DNA of 32,000 nt. Source: Candidatus Nanopusillus acidilobi (GTDB lineage: Archaea; Nanobdellota; Nanobdellia; Nanobdellales; Nanobdellaceae). The notes below the pieces were generated by a model. That model worked only from the letters and a program-made list of their open reading frames with translations, was not told where the DNA came from and did not search any database. The translations under genes and the position numbers were made by a program. Below are positions 27,955 through 32,000 of this stretch, one piece after another. The DNA lies in contig CP010514.1 in assembly GCA_001552015.1 (NCBI GenBank), positions 540,001 to 572,000 of the forward strand, read 5' to 3'. How positions within the stretch are numbered: the first letter of the stretch is position 1; each line of letters opens with the position of its first letter.

Positions 27955-29448
27955 ATGATAAACATTAAATTTATTAATGATATAAGAATAAATGTACCTA
28001 AAAACAAATTTGAAACAAATATAACTTATCCAATTATAGAACCATTTTCATATGCACATATATATTTTGATAGGAGTACATATGATCTTGTTTATGAAAT
28101 AATAGAACCAAAATTAACTGAAAATGAAGAAAAAATATATAAAAATGTAATTTTTTATATTGAAAAATTATTATATATTAAATTATCAGAAATTAATAAT
28201 TTAAATGATGCTATAAATTATTTACAAAGATTATATGATTTTGTATTAAATGATTTGGGAATACAATTAGGTCAATCTTCATATGAAAAAATATTTTATT
28301 ATATTTTTAGGGATCTTTATGGATATAATAAGGTAGATTCTTTATTAAGAGATCCATTAATTGAAGATATTGAATGCTCTGGTCCAAATTATCCAATATT
28401 TGTTGTTCATAGATATTTTGGAAATTTAAAGACAAATATAGTTTTAAATGATAAAGAAATTAGAGATTTAATTGAAAAATTTGCATTAAGGGCTGGAAAA
28501 CATATATCATATGCAGAACCAATTCTAGATGCAACATTACCAGATGGATCAAGAGTAAATGCAACATATTCACAGGAAATTACTACACATGGTCCAACAT
28601 TTACAATAAGAAAATTTAGGGAAATTCCATGGACTCCAATAGAATTGATAAGATTAGGAAGCGCAACTCCGGAGATATTTGCATATCTATGGTTAGCAGT
28701 AGAATTTAGAAAAAATATAATCGTAATAGGAGGTACTGCTTCTGGAAAAACAACAATGCTAAATGCAATATCAATGTTTATACCACCAAATGCTAGGATT
28801 GTTTCAATTGAAGATACAAGAGAAATAAAATTATATCATCCAAACTGGATTCCTTCCGTAGTAAAATATTCTTCTGATAAAAATAGGGAAATTGATATGT
28901 TTGAATTATTAAGAATGTCTTTTAGACAAAGACCAGATTATGTAATTGTTGGAGAAGTAAGAGGAGAGGAAGCATATGTAATGTTCCAGGGTATGGCTTC
29001 TGGTCATTCCTCTTTATCAACAATGCATGCTGAAAGTACAAAAGCATTAATAAGTAGATTAACAACACCTCCAATAAATTTATCTCCATCATTAATTGAA
29101 TTATTAAATGTTGTTGTAATAATGCAACATGATAATTTTCTTGGAACAAATCTAAGAAGAATTAAAGAAGTTAATGAAATTATAAAATATAATAGATTTA
29201 ATATTGCATATAGATGGAATCCTTTTAAAAGAGAATATTTAGAAAATCCTAAAAAATATTTATTTAGATTAATTGAAAATGATTATGGAATAAGATATAA
29301 AGAATTGTATGAAGAATATATTACAAGAGTAAAATTATTATATAGGTTATCTGAACTAAATATTTCAGATTTTCAAACATTTAGTAAAATTATACAAATG
29401 TATTATTATAATAAAGAGAATGTTTTGAGATATTATAATATTGAATAA
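27955..29448 (+). CDS. Type II/IV secretion system ATPase, GspE/ArlI-like
   Basis: 497 aa; IVIGGTASGKTTMLNAISMFIPPNARIVSIEDTREIKL, RPDYVIVGEVRGEEAYVMFQGMASGHSSLSTMHAES. Confidence 0.93.
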   Translation: MINIKFINDIRINVPKNKFETNITYPIIEPFSYAHIYFDRSTYDLVYEIIEPKLTENEEKIYKNVIFYIEKLLYIKLSEINNLNDAINYLQRLYDFVLNDLGIQLGQSSYEKIFYYIFRDLYGYNKVDSLLRDPLIEDIECSGPNYPIFVVHRYFGNLKTNIVLNDKEIRDLIEKFALRAGKHISYAEPILDATLPDGSRVNATYSQEITTHGPTFTIRKFREIPWTPIELIRLGSATPEIFAYLWLAVEFRKNIIVIGGTASGKTTMLNAISMFIPPNARIVSIEDTREIKLYHPNWIPSVVKYSSDKNREIDMFELLRMSFRQRPDYVIVGEVRGEEAYVMFQGMASGHSSLSTMHAESTKALISRLTTPPINLSPSLIELLNVVVIMQHDNFLGTNLRRIKEVNEIIKYNRFNIAYRWNPFKREYLENPKKYLFRLIENDYGIRYKELYEEYITRVKLLYRLSELNISDFQTFSKIIQMYYYNKENVLRYYNIE

Positions 29449-29453
29449 AATTT

Positions 29454-32000
29454 GGGGTCGAGGGAATATATAGTCTCACGGGAACTTCAAGCGGTCGGCT
29501 GAACTCCTTTTCGGAGCTTACACCGCCGCTCTGAGTCGGATCTTTTATCCGACCCCTTAACGGCTGCCTATTTTTGAGGAGGGCTTCACCCTTAGATGCT
29601 TTCAGGGCTTATCCCCTAGGGCGTAGCTACCGGGCATGCCCTTCACGGACAGCCCGTATACCAGAGGCCCCGGCCCACCGTTCCTTTCGTACTAGGTGGA
29701 CCTTCCCCTCAGGCAGCCAGCACTTCCGACAGTTATAACCGAACTGCCTCGCGGCGTTCTGAACCCATCTCACGATCCCCTTTAATGGGTGGACACCCCC
29801 ACCCTTGGCGGCTTCTGCACCACCAGGATGGGGAGAGACGACATCGATGTCGCAAACCGCGGGGTCAATGGGGGCTCTCGCCCGCGACGGCGCTGTTACC
29901 CCCGGAGTAGCTTTTCCGCCAGCCCGTACCCCCACTAGGGAGAGTACGGGGTTCGCTAGGCCCGGGTTTCCCCCCTGTGCCCCTTGATGGTCAGGGCACA
30001 GTCAAGCCAGCTTTTGGCCTTGTCCTCTACGGCGGATTCCTGACCCGCCTGAGCTGACCTTATGGACCCTGCCGATACCTTTTCGGCAGGGTGCCGCCCC
30101 AGCCAAACCGCCCACCTGCTGCTGTCCCCCTTCGGGTTAGCCCTGAAGAACCTAGAGGCGGGTGTTTCATCGTCGCATCCTTCCTACCTAGCGGCAGGAA
30201 TTCATTGCTCCCCGCTACCCTACACACCAGGTTCTTCAGAGCAACAACAGGCTACGGTTAAGCTTCACGGGGTCCTTCTTACCCATCGGAAGTCCCTGGC
30301 CTTCTCACCAGGATAGCTTTTCAGGGGGCGCCGGCCCGGGACAGTGACGGGCTAGTTACGTCGTTCGCAGAGCCAGCATTTAACTGGCAAGGCATTACGC
30401 TACCTTAAGAGGGTCAGAGTTACCCCCGCCGTTTACCGGTCCTTACCCCCCTTGAACGGGGGATTCAGATACCGGTGCTGAGCAGACGTCACCCCCAGTA
30501 CAAACCCTTTCGGGCTTGCTGGGAGCTATGTTTTTGGTAAACAGTCCGCCCGCCCTTGTCACTGCGACCTGCGGTCCACACCGCAGGCATCCCTTCTCCC
30601 GAAGTTACGGGACCAATTTGCCAAGTTCCCTAGACCGGCTTGACCCCCACGGCCTTAGGCTGCTCACCCAGGGGACCTATTCTGGACTTCGGTACGATCG
30701 CCCCGAATCGCATCCTTTCCCTTTTCATTGCCGGAAGGCCTCAGCATAACCCTTTCGGGCCCATCAGGGTTTAGACCGGTTCTCGCCATGACGGCACTCC
30801 CCGGTCTTATCCCCCTTAGCACAGTAAGTGGGTTTTACCCCACCCCCGTGTATGCCTAGCCTTCCAGGTCGGGAAAGGATGTTGCGTTACCGCATCTATC
30901 GGGGCGGTAGGGGAATATTAACCCCTTTCCCTTTCTCCAGACTCCTCTCGGAGCCTGGATTAGGATCGACTAACCCCAGGCTGATCTTCATTGCCTGGGA
31001 AACCTTTCCCCCTTCGGCCGACGGGATTCTCACCCGTCTGATTCTTACTACCGCGGGGATCTGCATTCCCAACGGCTCCAGGCTTCCTTTCGGGAACCCT
31101 TCTAGGCCATCGGGACGCCCGCCTACCTCACGCTGGCAATGCCAGCGGACCGAGGTCTCGGCGGCTGGCTTAGACCCGTCCGTTTTCGGAGCCTATCCCC
31201 TCGTCGGGTGAGTTGTTACACACTCCTTAGATGATAGCCACTATTAGGCCCACATCCCCGATGTCTTAGGGGACAGACTCCTTCAACGTCGTTCAGCCAG
31301 CACTTTGGGGCCTTAACCTCGGTCTCGGTTGTTCCCGTCTCGGAATTGCGGCTTTCCCGCAATTCCCGTTTCCCGGGCTACGGACCCTATGGCTTCGGAG
31401 TTGGACTCCATACGGAAACCCGTACAGAATCCGTCTCTCTACACCATAGGGATCCTAACCCGAGACCTGGCTAGGGTCAGTTTCGGCGGGGACCGGCTAT
31501 GACCGGGCCCGAGTGGCTTTTCACCTCTACCCCGAGGTCATGAGAGAGGTAAGCCCCACCTCTTCGGGCCTCCACGGGAAACCCCGCTTCGCCCTGCCCC
31601 GGGATAGATCGCCCGGTTTCCGGTCATACCCGAGTGACTAAACCGCCCTTATGGGACGGTGCCCCTCACCTGGAAACCAGGTTACGGGCTTTCGGTTTCC
31701 CTATGGCTTCGGTATAAACCTTAACCTCGCCACTCGGGTATACTCCCCCGCAAGTTCTTCAAAACTCACGGTAGAACTAGCTAGCACCTTATCTGGTACT
31801 CACCCGTCACCAGATTTTCCCAGATAAGGTGCTTAACTAGCCCTACCAGACAATCCCCGCCCGGTTTCAGGCTCTTTTCACCCCCTACCAAGGGTTCTTT
31901 TCACCTTTCGGTCGCCCTACTAATACGCTATCGGACTCGGAAAGTATTTAGCCTTGGTGACTAGTTTCCCCCAAATTCCCGACGGAAATTCAACCGCCGG
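29454..32000 (-). rRNA. 23S ribosomal RNA, 3' portion; 5' end lies outside window
   Basis: Reverse complement includes GGGGATAAGCCCTGAAAGCATCTAAG, TAGTACGAAAGGAACGG, GGTAACTCTGACCCTCTTAAGGTAGC, GGCTGGGGCGGCA P loop. Confidence 0.97.

Noticed and set aside
29627-31211. Tracked ORFs inside the 23S gene
   Set aside because: Same reason; Pro/Arg/Ser-rich translations are typical of rRNA read-through.

Overview
The window is AT-rich, gene-dense archaeal DNA (mostly TTTATAAA-type promoters, short or no leaders) containing one very GC-rich 16S rRNA gene (+, about 22034-23520) and the 3' part of an unlinked 23S rRNA gene (-, about 29454 to beyond 32000). Very AT-rich coding DNA, GC-rich rRNA, split rRNA genes and 16S departures at 'universal' positions together suggest a Nanoarchaeota-like (DPANN) genome. 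This assignment is inference. Coding content: EF-2, Dph6-like PP-loop ATPase, rRrp4/Rrp41 exosome subunits, L35Ae, S19, a possible L41e, arcTGT, NFACT-R, a solitary Cas4-like nuclease, a short Lhr-like helicase with a phosphoesterase, type II/IV secretion E and F proteins, two small ferredoxins, a large surface protein and several unnamed membrane-protein families. Most notable observations: (1) an unannotated RNA locus at 4801-4905 that reads as a tandem H/ACA + box C/D guide RNA. Its predicted targets in the 23S gene of this same window are the helix-69 uridine equivalent to E. coli 1917 and the P-loop G equivalent to 2251. (2) A 16S 3' end lacking the ACCUCC anti-Shine-Dalgarno sequence. 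(3) A perfect 16-bp inverted repeat at the predicted 5' end of the pre-16S transcript. (4) An apparent -1 frameshift in an A6 run at the start of a CBS-domain gene. (5) A decayed copy of the rrp41 3' end between two large membrane-protein genes. (6) A Dph6-like gene translationally coupled to a glutamine amidotransferase. (7) Short genes missing from the ORF track: CDGSH protein, zinc-binding protein, L41e-like protein. No CRISPR array, tRNA gene or transposon was recognised.
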